Shown piece after piece: positions 13,936 to 28,404 of a DNA stretch of 64,000 nt. The stretch lies in contig NC_087436.1 of assembly GCF_036321535.1 (NCBI RefSeq), forward strand, positions 63,862,001 through 63,926,000, written 5' to 3'. Both the position numbers and the translations under genes were made by a program. Within the stretch, counting starts at the first letter, position 1. Every line of letters begins with the position of its first letter. The DNA comes from Camelus dromedarius. Its lineage: Eukaryota. The notes beneath the pieces are model-generated. The model saw only the letters and a program-made list of their open reading frames with translations. It searched no databases and was not told the origin of the DNA.

Positions 13936-16089
13936 TCCAGGACTGGTGTTTTTTCCTAAGTAAGCTGAATGCAACTGGGCCTTCTTGCTTCTGCCTTGTG
14001 GCACATTTCCATCACATTCAACATGTAATGAAATATATTTTTACTCATGTTTCTGAAGATGAACAAAGGGAGATACAGTGCTGACAAAGAGTAACATATT
14101 TTAGAACTTCTTTTTGCTACTTTCTGTTTCCGAATATTCACAATGGGTTGCTCAGAAAATGTCTCCTCTCTCTGACCCTATATTTGATTTCCAAAAATCT
14201 TTTCTCCCAAAACTCCCTCAGTGCTTCAGCGTTGGCTTCTATTATTATATGCCCTCTCCGTATCCCTCACACTCAGCTGTATGTTATGTAGATCAATTTA
14301 GCCTTTATAAATTTCAGTCAATTCTTTTTGCCTATTATTCCAATCAGCCCCACAGAGCAAAGTAGGCAAACACTTATAACTTAATTCCTTTCCTTTTATC
14401 TGTATGAAGTTTTCAAATGTGGCCAAAAATTCTCTGTGCCCCAATTCTGATTCAATCATGCATAACATTGAATGTAATCCCAAGAAATATCCTTGAAAAG
14501 AGACTCACAGCTTTGGCAGAACCAACAGTAGCATTACTGCCAAACACAAGATGTGTAATTAAAATCGATGACACAATGCTCTTCCTCTTAGGCAAAAATG
14601 CTGGTTGTTGAGAGAGTGCATGGCAGAGCCCAGATCTTGGCTAAGAAATAATAAGTGAGTTACAGTTATACTTGCTTCTATTTGCAAGAAATTCTTCAAT
14701 TGTGTTTGGGGCTCAAAATAAGATACGATATTACTAACCAAATTGCTTTTAGGTACAAATTGGAAAATTTGTTACCTAATTTATATTTTTTTAAATTACC
14801 CATACTTTTAAAAAATAACCTTTTTATTATTTTGGCTCCACTTATATTTTGTCTATTTATAAATTTATCAGAAAATACACTGTTTAGCTATTATTACATG
14901 TACCTAGGTATATAGTCCCAAAATAAGAAATCCCAATGATATGGAAAAACCTGACTAGAATCATCCAATCATGTTTAACAAGAGAGATGATACAGAGATC
15001 TAACTAAAGTATAGGTTGAATGATTAATACTTTACATTTCACCCTCACTGGCCATTCTGGTGAAGAAAAAAATAGGTGTAACACAAAGATCTTCTCAAGA
15101 CTTCTGACATTTCTAGGCATTATTAATATTAGCTTTAGTTAAATCTGCAAATTTACCAAAATTACTTCTTGATCATCATGGACCCAAACAGGTACAAAAT
15201 ACTCTCAATCAACTCATATTTGATAGTTTGTCCTTTAGTAAATTGAGGCATTTACAGACTTTTCTAAACTGAATACTATTTTCTGTCCTATGCCTACAAT
15301 TTCAGACTTCCAAAACAATAAGTCATGCCTTCCTCTTGCAGTGTGGCATACTAACCAGAAACACACACTCTCTTATACACACTCACACACACACAGGATC
15401 CAAGTCCCTAACTATGAGTTTATTATTCTTTATTTGTCAGTGATAGGTCTCTTCTACTCACAAGTTTTCTTATTAACTGGATTTCTTAGGAGAAGTATTT
15501 ACTAATCAATCAAAAGAAAAATGCCACAAAGCTGTCCCAGCAAGCCAAATCTGATGCCCAGTACTACCATCTTTTTAAGTGAAATCACTCTATTTGCAGC
15601 TCCTGATGAGAGGGTAGTCCTGATGGCTACAACTCGTACAACTTGTCTTAGACCTCTCTTAGCCAAATCAGAAACAGATATTTAAGTTCAACAGTAATCT
15701 ACAGGCACTCCAGCAACACATGATGTTGCCTGCTATATTAAGGTAAAAAGCATAATTAAGCTGATTTTCTCTGGCATGACAGCTTGGATAGAGCTGAGCA
15801 ACTGACAGAGGGACACAGAGCTGAACAATTACATATAAATGATCAAGAGGTACAATCAGGGCTTAGAGGCAGGGAAGTTGAATTGGAATGAGCAATCCCA
15901 GAGAGCCAAATTCATGAGGACAGAGAAGCTATGAGGTATTGAAATATTGAGTGAAGGAAAGGGAATAAAAATTGTGTCAAAAGCAAAAGAAGAAAATAAT
16001 TAAGGAGAATAAATTAGTTAATGATTAGATGGAAGATAGAAGCTAGATAGCTAATGTGTCAACAGAAGATATAAGCCCTTTTCTATTTA

Positions 16090-16655
16090 AATCACTGCAG
16101 TAACATCTTAACTGTAGCCCTGAGTTATGATTGCCCACTGGCATCCAGCCATTCTCCATACAATAGCCAGTGTGTAGTCTTTAAAAGCTTGCATTGTACC
16201 ACCTTAACTGAAATCCTTCAAGAACTTCCCATTGCATTAAGAACAAAATCTAAGGTCCCACATGAGCTACCCAGTTCCTACTGCTCCAGCCCATCTTGAA
16301 CCATTCTTCCCTCCTACTCACATAACACCTGTACCTGGAACTGTTTTCCTCCAAATCTTTTCTTGGTTCAAAACAGATCAAATGTCAGCTCTTCTGAGAG
16401 CACTCCCCTGACCACCCACGCTAAGGCACCCTCACATATCCCCAAGCCCCTCTGCTAGTCACTAACTCATCACCTTGTTTTATTTTATTTTTAACCACTT
16501 GTCACTACCTGCAATTCTCTTATTTGCTTAATAGTTAAGGTATGTTATCTTTCTCCTCCAGGAGAATGTAGGCAGAGACCTTGTCTGCATTCCCAGTGCT
16601 TAGAATGTGGTAGAAACTCAATAAAGTATTTAAGAAAGGAATGATTAAAAGATGA
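16090..16655 (+). mobile_element. L2 3' portion
   Basis: cattctccatacaatagccag...aatgtcagctcttctgagag...tcccagtgcttagaatgtggtagaaactcaataaa. Confidence 0.8.
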
Positions 16656-18729
16656 AAGGAGAGGAGGGAGAAAAGAAGGGAGGGAGGGAAACTCTTACAG
16701 GCATAGCAGTAATGGCATCCAAGAGCCTGAACGCTTATAGATTTAAGAAAGAGAAGCAAAAGCTCAGATAATTACATTTGTTTTTAGGTTCTACTGTCCT
16801 GGCACACAATTATTTAATCTACTTAAGTTTCTTAGTATAAAAATATGTTGATGTTGAAAATTTTAGACAGTATAAAAAATCACACACAAAAAATGAATCC
16901 TACCACCATCTTACCACCTAATGAGGATTACTGATAATGATTTTTGATGTATTTTAAATAAAAGTGACATCATAACCTACATAATTATTTATAATCTGAC
17001 CTAACATATCAATAATATCCCCATGTTTTTATTCTTCTATATCCTTCTTCTTATGTCTGCAGTTTATTTCATAAAATATGAATCATTTTATGTAGTTTAC
17101 CATTATGTTTTGCATTTAGTAGTTGGAATTTTCACACATGTAAATAATGCTGAGATGAACTTTCATAAACTTAAGTCTGCAATTTTTCCCTAGAATAAAT
17201 TTAAGGAGTTATTTTGCCATGTATTGTTTTGTCATCTGAGTCACAATCATACAACTATAAAATGCTAAAAATGCAACAATCAAAATTAAAATAAACTATA
17301 CTAATTGTTTTTTTAAAAAAAAAAAACTAGAGTGAGAAAGAATATTTGTAGACATCATGAAACAGATTAGTTTTTTTCCTACAATATTGTAGAACAGTGC
17401 AGATATAATGGCCAGTCTAGATAGTAGGGGAGAAACATACTTCCTCAAAAAAAAAAAAAAACCAAAAAACTGCACATGGGAAATGTTAGCAGGAACTTAA
17501 TGAGCTTTTTAGAATTGGTGGGTTTTTAAAAAAAAAAAACCTACAATAGGGAAGGGAGTATAAAGTTAAGCTGCCAATCAGATAACCAACTGGCAAAATT
17601 CTTGTTTACAATCATAAATGCCTTTAGGGTTTGTCTGTCAACATATATTGAAAACAACTTCTTCAAAAATTCTGAATCTTTTCACTGACTTAAGATCAGT
17701 GCCTATATTTCTTTAATTAGTGGAAACACCCTAGAGAAAAGGAAGAGGAGAAGAGATGGGGAAAGCAGCTGTATTTTTCATACGTTTTTCAAAGAAGCTC
17801 CAGGTTTGAAACCTGAAAGAACGCCCTCATGAGCTGAGGAGAAGAGGACAGGCCCTCCTTAATCAGAGATGACACAAAATCAAGATTTTTCAGGGCAATA
17901 CCTGCAGTAAAGGATAAGTATTCTGACAATGTCAGTGTCTGCAAACATCTCCGAATGCCACCAGGTAAAAGATAATCACCATCAGCAGTATCCAATGCTT
18001 ATTCAGCTAGTCATGGACCTAAACGGTCTTTCCTTAGATGTCAGCTACAAGCTTTACAAAGGTAAAGAAGCTGAAAATTCAGCTAAGAAAGAAAAGTCAC
18101 TAGAAAAGAAAAGAATCAAAATAGGATAGGTGATCACCAGTAACCAAGAGTATCCAAACTGCCAAATAGCAGGTAGGCAGTAGTGATCTGCTTATTGTTT
18201 CAGATCTTGCTGTGCACTGTAAAAAGCGTTCCTTACATAGGTAGACATGAAATGTATACAGAAAAAGGCAGTGATGTGCTGAAGCCACCACCACTGCTGG
18301 TATTAACTATCTCTCCCTAATTCTGCTTCTTTAGTGACATCATGTTGGTGGTTAAAATTGGCCATTGCAGAAGTGTTTGCAAGGAGACTTCTTTTATTCT
18401 TTTTTTTTTTTTCTTTTCAAAATGCAGGTTTTTAATTTACCAGCACACTCTTAGAAACCTAGTCGTATTTTGTGAATTATATATTCTACTGATGAATAAA
18501 ATAAAGTATAAAACAATAAAATAACTAGTCACAGTCGATGCTGGAAAATGAGGTTAATATTAGGCCCAGAAAGCAAATTTTCAAAACAGACCCTTCAATG
18601 AGAGCCAAAAGGAAACCTGAATTTTGCTTATCTATGTTGCCTGCTGGAATGAATTTTTATAATTATCTAATTTTACTGAAATATCTTCTACATACAGTAA
18701 AATGCACAGCTCCTAATACAGCTCCATGA

Positions 18730-21700
18730 GTATATATGTATATAAACCATGCGACTTAACAACAAAATCAAGCTATAGAGCATTCCCTTCACCTCTGAAT
18801 GCTCACTTGTTTCCTTTCTAGTCAATTAATAAAAACATCCCTCTACTCCCTGCCCAGGCAACCATAGTTCTGATTTCTAACGTTATAGATTTGCTTTATC
18901 CACTGTAGAACACTATCGAAACGGAATCATAGTAAGTACACATTTGTCTTCAGCTTCTTTCACTCAAAATAGTATTTTGACATTCATCTTTGTCTTTTTC
19001 AGTAGTTCATTTTTTCCCCCAAAACAGTTAATCTTTTATTTGGAAGTAATTTCATACTGATAAAAAATTTACAAGAATTAAAGTAATAACACACAAAAAA
19101 AACATATGCCTCTTTGCTAGATTTACTTGATAGGATTTCACGATTTATTTTAACATTTATGTGTGCTTTTCGTGTGTGTATATATATATATATTTACACA
19201 TATACATACATACATCCATATATATACATATATATATGCAACTATATAAATATCTCCATATATACATTTTACCCAATATATAAAAAATTTCTCAAACATT
19301 CGAAAAGTTACATGCATCATGGCTATTTATCCATATATATTAGGTGGGCTACCTAAAAATAGATATTCTTACACAAAAATCACATTATATATTATATTCA
19401 ATAAATTTAACAACAATCAGATTCTTTAATAAATTATCCTATATTCTAATATTGTCAGTGGCCTCAAGTAGGTCCTCTATGTGAACTTTCTCTCTTCTAT
19501 AGAAACCAGTCTAGAATCAGACTTCCTTCTTTTTTATTGTAAAGAACTATTCTTTTGTGTGATAGATTTAAATTGTTTATTCACTCTTTTGTTGAAGGAC
19601 ATTTGGGTTCTTTTAATTCTAAGACTTGCAAAGAATAAAGCTTCCATAAACACTTCTGTCTACATTCTTTTGAGGACACTTGCTATCATTCTCCTGGATA
19701 TAAACAATGAAATTGTTGAGTCATAGAGTAGGGTGTGTTTAACTTCATAAGAAACTGTCACATAGGTTTCTAAAGTAGTTGTACAATTTTACAGGCCCCA
19801 GAAATATGTAAGCATTCCAGCTTATTATATACAAGCTCCATACCCTCACAGACATTTGCTGCTGTTACCTTTACATTTTAACAATCTAGAACAATTGTGA
19901 AGTGTTATGTCTTTGTGCTTTATTTTAGTAATTCCCTGATGACAAATTATTTTAAGCATCTTTTTACAGCTTATTGGCCATTTTTATACTTTTTTTGTAA
20001 TGATCTGCCACGTCTTTTTTCCCATTATTTTATTGATGTTTTTCTTTTTATTATTGATTTGTAGAAGTTCTCGTCACTCATGAAAGTTCTCTGTCAGATA
20101 TATGTACTGTGAATGTTTCCCTATTATTCAGTTTGTTCTTTTTCAGTAAAGGTGTCCTTTGATTAGGAAAAGTTTCTAATTTTGATTAAGTGTATTTATT
20201 TTTTATTTTTTTTTGTATAAGAAATATTTATCTAATCTAAGATCTAAAACTTTTTAAAGTCTTAGTTTAACATGAGTAGTTGTGTGTTTCATCTTGAATT
20301 AATTTGGAGGAATATTATTGAAAAGAGTAATTTTTCTTTTTCTGTAGTTACCCTGTTGTTTCAAAAGCATTTGTCTCAAAGCCTTTCCTTTCCCCTTTGG
20401 ATTATATAGGCACATTTGTTTAAAATAACTTGGTCATATATTGTGGATCTATTTCTGTACTTCTATTATATTCTATTGACCTATTTTTCTGTACTAACGT
20501 CAATATTACACTCTTCTGATTATTGCAGCTTTACAATGTCTAAAAACTATGTATTTTCACTTTGCTTTTTTCAAGGTCATTTTGTTTCTTCTGAGGCCTT
20601 TGCATTCCCCTATACATATTAGTATCAAGCTTATCATTCTCTAAAGAAAATCATTTACTAGTAGTATGATAGGGTTATCACTGAATCTATAGCTAAATCT
20701 GAAGTGAATTTACATCTTATACATTGAGTCTTCCAATAGCAAACATGACATATCTCTCCATTTATTTACTTATTCTCTACTTTTTCTCAGTAACGTACTG
20801 TAGTACTGTGCAGCACTACATAATGTAGCAATGTACTATTGCTAGTATACAGAAATGGAGTTTTTTTTAATAAATTGATTTCATATAATGAGGAGATGCT
20901 ACAACCAACCTTTATGCTCTTCATTTTTTAAAAATTATTGCACTCGTAAGACTTTCAAAACAATGCTGTATACAATGGTGAAAGCAGATATCCTTGCTTT
21001 TTTCCTGATCTTAAGGAAAATGCTCTCAAAATTTCACCATTAAGAATAATGTTAACTGAAGATTGTATATGCTTTTTATCAGATTTAAGACATTCTTTTC
21101 TAGTCCTAAAATACTGAGAATTTTCATTATGATTGAATAATGAATTTTATCAAATCTGTTATGTTTTAGTTTCACTTTTTCTTTTTCATCCACTCCAGTA
21201 GTCATATGATTTATGCCCATTATTCTGTAAATGTGGTTAATCACATTATATGAATATAATTCTAATGAGATAAAACTTACCTTTTAAAAATCAACATTAG
21301 TGTACAATTCAGTTAGCTTGATCAATATGTACAGTCATGTAAAAGCCATCAGAATCATGATATAGAACATTTCCACGATCCTCAAAAGTTATCTTAGTTA
21401 TCTTGTGCTCCTTTCTTGCTTCAGTCAAACCTCTGCTCTCACTGACAGTCACTGACTTGTCTGCTTTGTGCCACTGTATTTTCAACTTTTTCCAGAATTC
21501 TGTAAATGGTATCATATAGTATAGAATTTCTTGTGTCTAGAGTCTTTCATTAAAATAAAGATTTTGAGAAAATATTATTCTTCTTTATTCAATTGATTTG
21601 GCACAAAAATCAATTAACGATATATGTGCCTTTCCACTGATCTATGGTATACTTACACCAACACCAAAAGCCTACATTAATACCATTTTAGGATTAATCT

Positions 21701-24050
21701 TAGAATTATGTAGTCTATGTCCTCCAACTTTGTTCTCTTCAAAAATTATTTTGCGAAGTGTAGATCATTTGCATTGCCATATGAATTTTATCATCAACCT
21801 GTTAATTTCTAGAAGAAAGTTTGCTTGAACTTTGAATAGACTGCTTCATAGGTCAATTTTCAGAAAATTTATATGTTTATAATATTGAGTTTTACAGTCC
21901 ATGAATGTGGAATATCTCTTTGTTTAGTTAGGTTTTCTTTAATTTCTTTCAACAATACTTTGCATTTTAAGTGTACAAGTAGTTCATAAAATATTTTAAA
22001 GAAATCATATTTCTATGCATATTTATTTAGGATTGTTTTCTTAAATAACTTTCTTTATCATACAAAATTTTCCCCTTTATCCATGGTACTATTTCTTCTC
22101 CTGATCTACTTTGTCCAAAACTAACAGGAACAGTCCAGATTCTTTATGTATATCCTTTTCTGTCATTTACTTTCATTCAATCTCTTCCTTTTCATTCAAT
22201 CTGTGCCTTTGTATGTAAAGTGAGTTTCTTGTAAGCAGCAATTGGATTTTGCTTTTTGTATCCAATCTGACAATTTCTGCTTCTTAATTGGATTTATAGA
22301 TCTATACAGATAATGTAATTATTAATATGAGTGGATTTCAATTCACCGTCATGATATTTATTTTCTATTCACTTCAACTGAACTTCTTTTTTCCTTTGTG
22401 TTCTACCTTCCTTTAAATAAATTGAGGATATAAGTTTCATTTTATCTCCACTATTTTCTTACTAGTGAAACCTTTTTGTGTTTTGTTTTGCTTTGCTTTG
22501 TTTTTAGTGATGTTCAAGGGCTTGCAAATACATAGGTATGTAAATATGTATATTTGAAATTGCAATATATATTATATATAATTGCAAGTATATTTTATAT
22601 ATTATAATTGAAATATTATATAAAGTCCTTATATATTGTAATTACAATATATAATAAATATTTGTATTTATTTGCAATAAATAAAATTTATAATATTCTA
22701 CCTTTAAATAATACTACACCTCTTGAGGTATATAGTGTAACTTATATTATATTTCCATTTCCCTCTCCCATCCTTTGGCTCATAGTTTCATACATTTTAC
22801 TTCTACATGTTATAATCCCACAACACTTTATTATTTTTGCTTTAGTCAACTGTATTTTGAAGAATCTATCTATATATGAAGAATGTTTTTACATTTATCT
22901 AAATATTTACCTTATCCAATAAAGTTAATTCTTTTCTCTAGATTCAATTTTTCTTCCTGATATTTTTCTTTTCAGATTGATAAAAAGTTCTGTTACATTC
23001 TTTAGAATGTGTTTCTAATTCACAAATATTGTTTATCTGAAATGTTGTCATTTTGTCCTCACTTCTGAAAGATGACGATGTAAAGTTCCAGTACATCTTA
23101 TTACATGTCCTTTATTCCTCTGGCTACTTTCAAGTGTTTCTCTGTATCTTTGGTCTTCAGCTGTCTAAATTTGACATTCCTATATGTATCATTTTTGTAC
23201 TTATCCTACTTGAATTTGATTGAGCTTCTTGAATTGTGTGTTGTTATTCTTCAAATCTGTAAAACAGTCAGCCACTTAAAATTGTTTTTTCTGCCTCTTG
23301 CCTCTTTCCTCTCTGGAATACTGACTACATATGCATTTGACCATGTGTTACTGTTCCACTGGCTACACAGGCACAGTTTGTTATCTTTCAATAAATATTT
23401 TCTGTGTGTTTGAATTTACATAATTTAATACTATTTATTAATTTATATCATATGTGTTTTAATATATACATGTATATTTAATTTATATGAAATATTATAC
23501 ATGTGTTATATAACACTGTAATTCAAGTTTACTTATTCTTTCTTTTGCAATGTTCAATCTCCTCAAAATCCTATATAATAAACTTTTTATTTCAGATGTA
23601 ATTTTTTAGTTCTAAAATTTCTACTTGTTTTTTGTTATAGTCTGGATGGTCTGATAATATCCTGCATTAGCTTACCAATTCTCTCTCTTTCTGTATTATT
23701 CAAAATATTTATAATAACTGTTTTAAAGTCCTTGTCAGTTAATTGCAACATCTGAGTCATCTTTGAGTCTACTTCTACTGACTTTTTTCCTCTTGATTAT
23801 GGTGAGATTTAACCACTTTTTTGCATGTGTAGTAATTTTCAATTGAGTGCACCATATATATTGTAGAAACTTTGGAGTATGTTACCTTCCTCTAATTATA
23901 TCAGCTTTTTTTCTGACAGGCAGTCAAATTACCAGGTTATTACATTGATTTTATGGAAGCTTAGTTTTAGTCTTTGTTACAGTGGTTCTATTTTTCTTTT
24001 TCCCTTAATCCTAGGACATAGCTCCATCCTGAGCTTACATATGTGTCACT
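18730..24050 (-). mobile_element. Mosaic of old nested L1 fragments (L1ME/L1MC-type)
   Basis: T-rich antisense L1 3'UTR and ORF2 motifs. ORF 21026-21244(-) (FDKIHYSIIMKILSILGLEKNVLNLIKSIY) is L1 ORF2. Apparent nested 3'-end pieces at ~19020-19520 and ~21280-21590. Confidence 0.85.
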
Positions 24051-24559
24051 GGGTTACCCATAGTAAACTACTTACTGGCTGCAGCACTGTAAGAGCAAAA
24101 ATAAAACCATAAGGATCCATAAAAGATGACTTTCTTTCTACAGTGTCCTACCAGAACCCTTTGTTGACAGTGTCTAACCTTATGTCATCTGGTAAAGAAA
24201 AAAATGTTTGTTAGGTCCAGTTCCAGTATCATAATTCAGGGCTTCTTTTGATAACTGCCACAGATGGTATACTTTCTTAACTATTATAAAATAGAAAGGA
24301 AAGAAGTCACAGTAATTCTTCATTTTCAATCTCCAGTCATCTGGTAGATCCAAACTTCAACTTGTGTCATTTCATCCTGGTAAGACTGTTGTTTTCTGTA
24401 GTATTTTCTATTCACTTATGTGTAATCACAAATTGGGAAGTGCTGGATCAGCTATTGCAACATCTGAGTTATCTGTGGGTTTCTGATAACCTACTTGGGA
24501 TTCAATGGGAAACCTGAGGTTTCCACTGAGACCCTCTAACTTGGATGAACTTTAACCTC

Positions 24560-25020
24560 TTCTCATCAGCATCCCAGCAACATCTTCCTAGAAAGTCTTA
24601 TCAGCACCCCAGTACACAGCATCCGGACACTTTCTAGGTAATTCCATCACCAACATAGCACGTTGCTTCCTAGCACATTTTGCAGAATCAAAATGGACAG
24701 CTACCTAGAGAATTTCCCTGGAACTCCAATGGGTGTTTTCTTCTCACCAGCCATAGTCTGTGACACCTCAGCAAACCTCCTTCATCCAGTGTTCCACAGC
24801 TGCATACTCCCTATAAAGACTGCGTCTCAGCCCTATTGTGTACTGTATCTCTTTCAAGTTTATTCCTTCCTTAATTATACTCCCTCAAACCTAAATATAC
24901 TATCCCAATATTCTCTAGGGTTCTCTTTACTCCCTCTTAGCAGTTAGTCCCACTTCATAACTTATTAATGCTTTTCAAATTACTGGTATGGTTTCTTTCT
25001 CCTTAACCGACCCTGCCATC
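24560..25020 (+). mobile_element. ERVL LTR (LTR41-like)
   Basis: cagcaaacctccttcatccagtg...ggttctctttac...ttcaaattactggtatggtttctttctcc..gaccctg resembles the LTR41 3' half. Confidence 0.6.
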
Positions 25021-25586
25021 TTTAAACAACCTCTATGAACATGAATTACAATGTTTAAAAGAAACTTCTCAAATGGTATATAGTTAAATTTAATCCAATT
25101 TAGGATTCTAGAAGCTATGTTTGATGCCTGAAATATCTACAAATGGAACAATAGCAAGAAATGCAGATTTAGTTAACGCTAGGGAGACATTGGGAAACAT
25201 AATGCATCCTAACTCCAGCACACTACTTCAAAAGTAGAATCTAGGAAATACAGTGCAAGTTGTCAATGTGTGATGCTCCTTTGATGGCAAAACATTTCGT
25301 CTGTAAGTATAACAGAAAATAACATGAGGTCATTTAATAAGAGATAATATAAAACTTTACATTTGTATCCTACTATTAGTGGACTTTCTATTTGGTTACT
25401 GATATTTCTTTTTTAACCTGTGAACATGGTTTCAAATACTTCTTTCAAAGCACATCACTCCAAGGACCTGTGTTCACCTCACATTCACTCTCCCAAAACA
25501 ATTCATTTTTTCCCCTCCTCTTCAGTTTCACTGCTGCTCTTTCTTCACACTCATTTGTGAATGGTGTTTGTTTTTCATTGTCGCAG

Positions 25587-25613
25587 GTGAAGACCCAGGA
25601 GCCTGGAAAACTG
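25587..25613 (+). other. Candidate 27-nt internal exon of an unidentified transcript
   Basis: Acceptor tgtttgtttttcattgtcgcag | GTGAAGACCCAGGAGCCTGGAAAACTG | donor gtaagt. Purine-rich exon body in sequence I do not recognise as a repeat. Confidence 0.5.
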
Positions 25614-26129
25614 GTAAGTACTGGATTTTGTTTTACCCCATATGTACTTGAAGTAACTGCTTCCATTTCCATTGCTGAGAGACACTCAGACTTGGGAGAC
25701 TGGCTGCTATTTGCTCTTCTTGAAGCTTACTGACTGTCAGTGTCTCTGGGAACCACCTGCTCTGTCTAGGGAATATGGTATGGTTTCTGCAGTTCCTAAT
25801 GAGAAAGTATTCATTTTTTCAGTGATAAATGCTTCCTTCTAAAATATTACTGAAATACCATTGCTACTGGCTCCTGCTCTTCTCATGAAAGGGAGCTTTC
25901 CTTTTAACAGAATATTGACTGATGTAGATAAATAAGCACGTTTTATCATTAAAGGAATCCACAGAGCTTGCAATTCTTCTTTATCCAGAGTGATGGAAAT
26001 TGTTGAGTTAACAAATATTCTAATTGATGAGGATATAAAGTCATTCCATTCAACTCAACAGGTACTTATGAAGTATCTAATATATGTTTAGGATCAAGTT
26101 AAAGCAGAAGTCTTTATAATTTAAAAAAC

Positions 26130-26305
26130 ATTAAGGCCCTGGAGTCAAACTTCCTATATTTGAAATTTACACTTCTATGCATGTGTAATATAAGCAGCCT
26201 TTCTAAGCCCCAAATTCCTCATCTATAACCAGAGGTGACAATATTGCCTACCTCATAGGATGAATATATAAGACATTTCACATAGTTATTTATAACTATT
26301 ATCAT
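26130..26305 (+). mobile_element. MIR fragment
   Basis: ggccctggagtcaaac...ttctaagccccaaattcctcatctataa...cctacctcatagga. Confidence 0.7.
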
Positions 26306-26934
26306 TTAAAATGCTTTTAGATATTAGAGAATTATATAAATTTTTGCTGTCCTCAAGAAGCTTTCATGAAGAAATAAACTATAAAAGAAAATATATAATA
26401 AATTGTGGACCCTATAAAGTAAATTTTACCAATTCTCAGCACTGCTAATATGTGTACTTTAGGAAATAGTCATTTCCTAGAGTTTTCTGAATAACTGTTA
26501 AGAAAACGATGAAAATGTAGATAAGGATAAATTAAGTGCATGGATAAAAGCAAGATATGCAAAAATAATTATAATATTTGAATTTTTTTACATCCAAAAA
26601 GTCCTGGTCTCCATCAGAACATACATGAATTTTTAAAAGTAATAGCCTATTATCTATGAACTCATGAGCTCTAAAAACATGATCATTTTTGCAGTATCAT
26701 TAAAGAAAAAAAATGACAAAGTAAGAATGTCTTGGCTCCTGCCGCTTTAATGAAGCAGTGTCACTACCTGGTAGCAGAGCAAAATTCCCTGTGTATGTGG
26801 GTAAACAGTAATAGTATACCAAATTATATATGAGCTAAATGGTTGCAAAATACCTTTTTTAAGCAATTACTATATTGCTTTAGTGCTCTAAGCAATATGC
26901 TTTGCTTTATTTTGTTTTATTTTTTATAACCCAG

Positions 26935-27008
26935 AGGAGGACTCTCTCCCATCTGAACCAATTACACTAAAATTGTCTGCTCCACACTTCCCTAAATTTT
27001 AGAGAATG
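26935..27008 (+). other. Candidate 74-nt non-coding or 5'UTR exon ending in ATG
   Basis: Long pyrimidine tract ending ttttataacccag, then exon ...agagaATG | gtaagt. Stops occur in all three frames before the ATG. Confidence 0.45.
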
Positions 27009-27229
27009 GTAAGTTTCCTGTCCAATTGTGGACAGGTAATAAACTAAAGTGAAATTAAGAGATATAATTTATTTCCCCATCTGGTGAAACTGCACCTTTT
27101 CTGGTGACTTCTTATTAGTGGTTTCTGCTGGTGTTTGGTGAGCTTGGAAATGATACAACATGTACATGGAATGATGCCAGTTCAGAGGCAATTTTGTCAC
27201 CTGACACCTTCCTGGGGTAGAGCTCCCTG

Positions 27230-28013
27230 AATGTCTTTTGAGAAACTACCCCACCTTCTTTCATGCAATTTAGGTAGGACAGTCAAACTCCCTTGGCCAA
27301 AGACTGTCATATGACCTAAACTAGATCAATCAGAATCTCTCCTGAGTGTTTGTGTCTTGAGCAGAATGACATAAGTTAAAAAACAGCTGAAGTTGCCCCT
27401 TCTTTCCTTCATCAAGGTGTATGTGGTTGACTCCATTCTTCACCATGTCTTCTCTCAAGACTTTCAGGATCAAGAGATTGCTGGACAAAACAAAAGCAGA
27501 ACAATCCCATTCCCCAGTGGATTCAGATGAAGACTAGTAACAAAATCACTACAGTGACAAGAGGAGATGCTGGAGAAGAACCAAGTTGTGTCTATAAGGA
27601 ACTGCATATGAGATGGCCCACATGTTGATGTTGTATCAAGGTCACTAGCATCTCACCTTAACCAGCTAAAAGGTCACCACTATCTGGACAGTTGGACTTG
27701 TTTTAGTGGTAAAATAATGATTTTCCTCTTTGTTTCTATGTTTCTGTACAACTAGGTAGGCTCAGTAATGTGTGAGACCTTTTATTTGGGGGTTAAAAAA
27801 ACCAATTTTTTTTGAACCTCCTTAAAGAAAAGAATGGGAGATTTTTCTGATACTTGAAGCTGCCCTAGTTTCTCTCCTTTTCAAAATTTGGCTGCTCAGA
27901 TTTTTCCTGTCAATTGTGTGAGCTTCACTATGTATTTTCAACAAACTACTCTTTTACTTAAATTAGATGAGTCAGTTTAAACTATTAGCAACCAAAGAGC
28001 CCTAACTGATACA
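27230..28013 (+). mobile_element. Old MaLR LTR (MLT1K/L-like), interrupted
   Basis: catatgacctaaactagatcaatcagaatctctcc and the terminus tagcaaccaaagagccctaactgataca. Confidence 0.5.
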
Positions 28014-28069
28014 CATCTGTACAAGAACATTTCCAAATGTCAGTAAAAGAAAGTAAAGGAAAAATTTAG

Positions 28070-28404
28070 ACCTTTTCCCAAGTTTTTTAAATCCATGTCC
28101 AATAAAATGCAAACATGACAGGAAAAAATGATTAAATTCTTTTTATGGCTAAATAATAAATAAAATTCCACCATATATATACACCACATTTTGTTTAACC
28201 ATAAATTAGTTGATAAACATTTGAATTGTTTCCACTTTTTGACTGTCATGAGTCACACTGGTATGACTATCAGTATGGACACATTCAGTGTGGATCTGTT
28301 CTCAGTTCTCTTGAGCATATAACTAGGGGTGGAATGGTTGAGTCATACAGTAACTTTATGTTTAATTTTTTTCACGAACTACCAAACTGTCCTCCAAAGA
28401 GGCT
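28070..28404 (-). mobile_element. L1 3' fragment
   Basis: ORF 28040-28249(-) KKWKQFKCLSTNLWLNKMWCIY is the L1 ORF2 C-terminus; also gaactaccaaactgtcctccaaag. Confidence 0.85.

Noticed and set aside
15682..15695. 14-mer ttaagttcaacagt shared with ~1378
   Set aside because: Several exact 14-mer matches are expected by chance in 64 kb, and the flanks are not similar.
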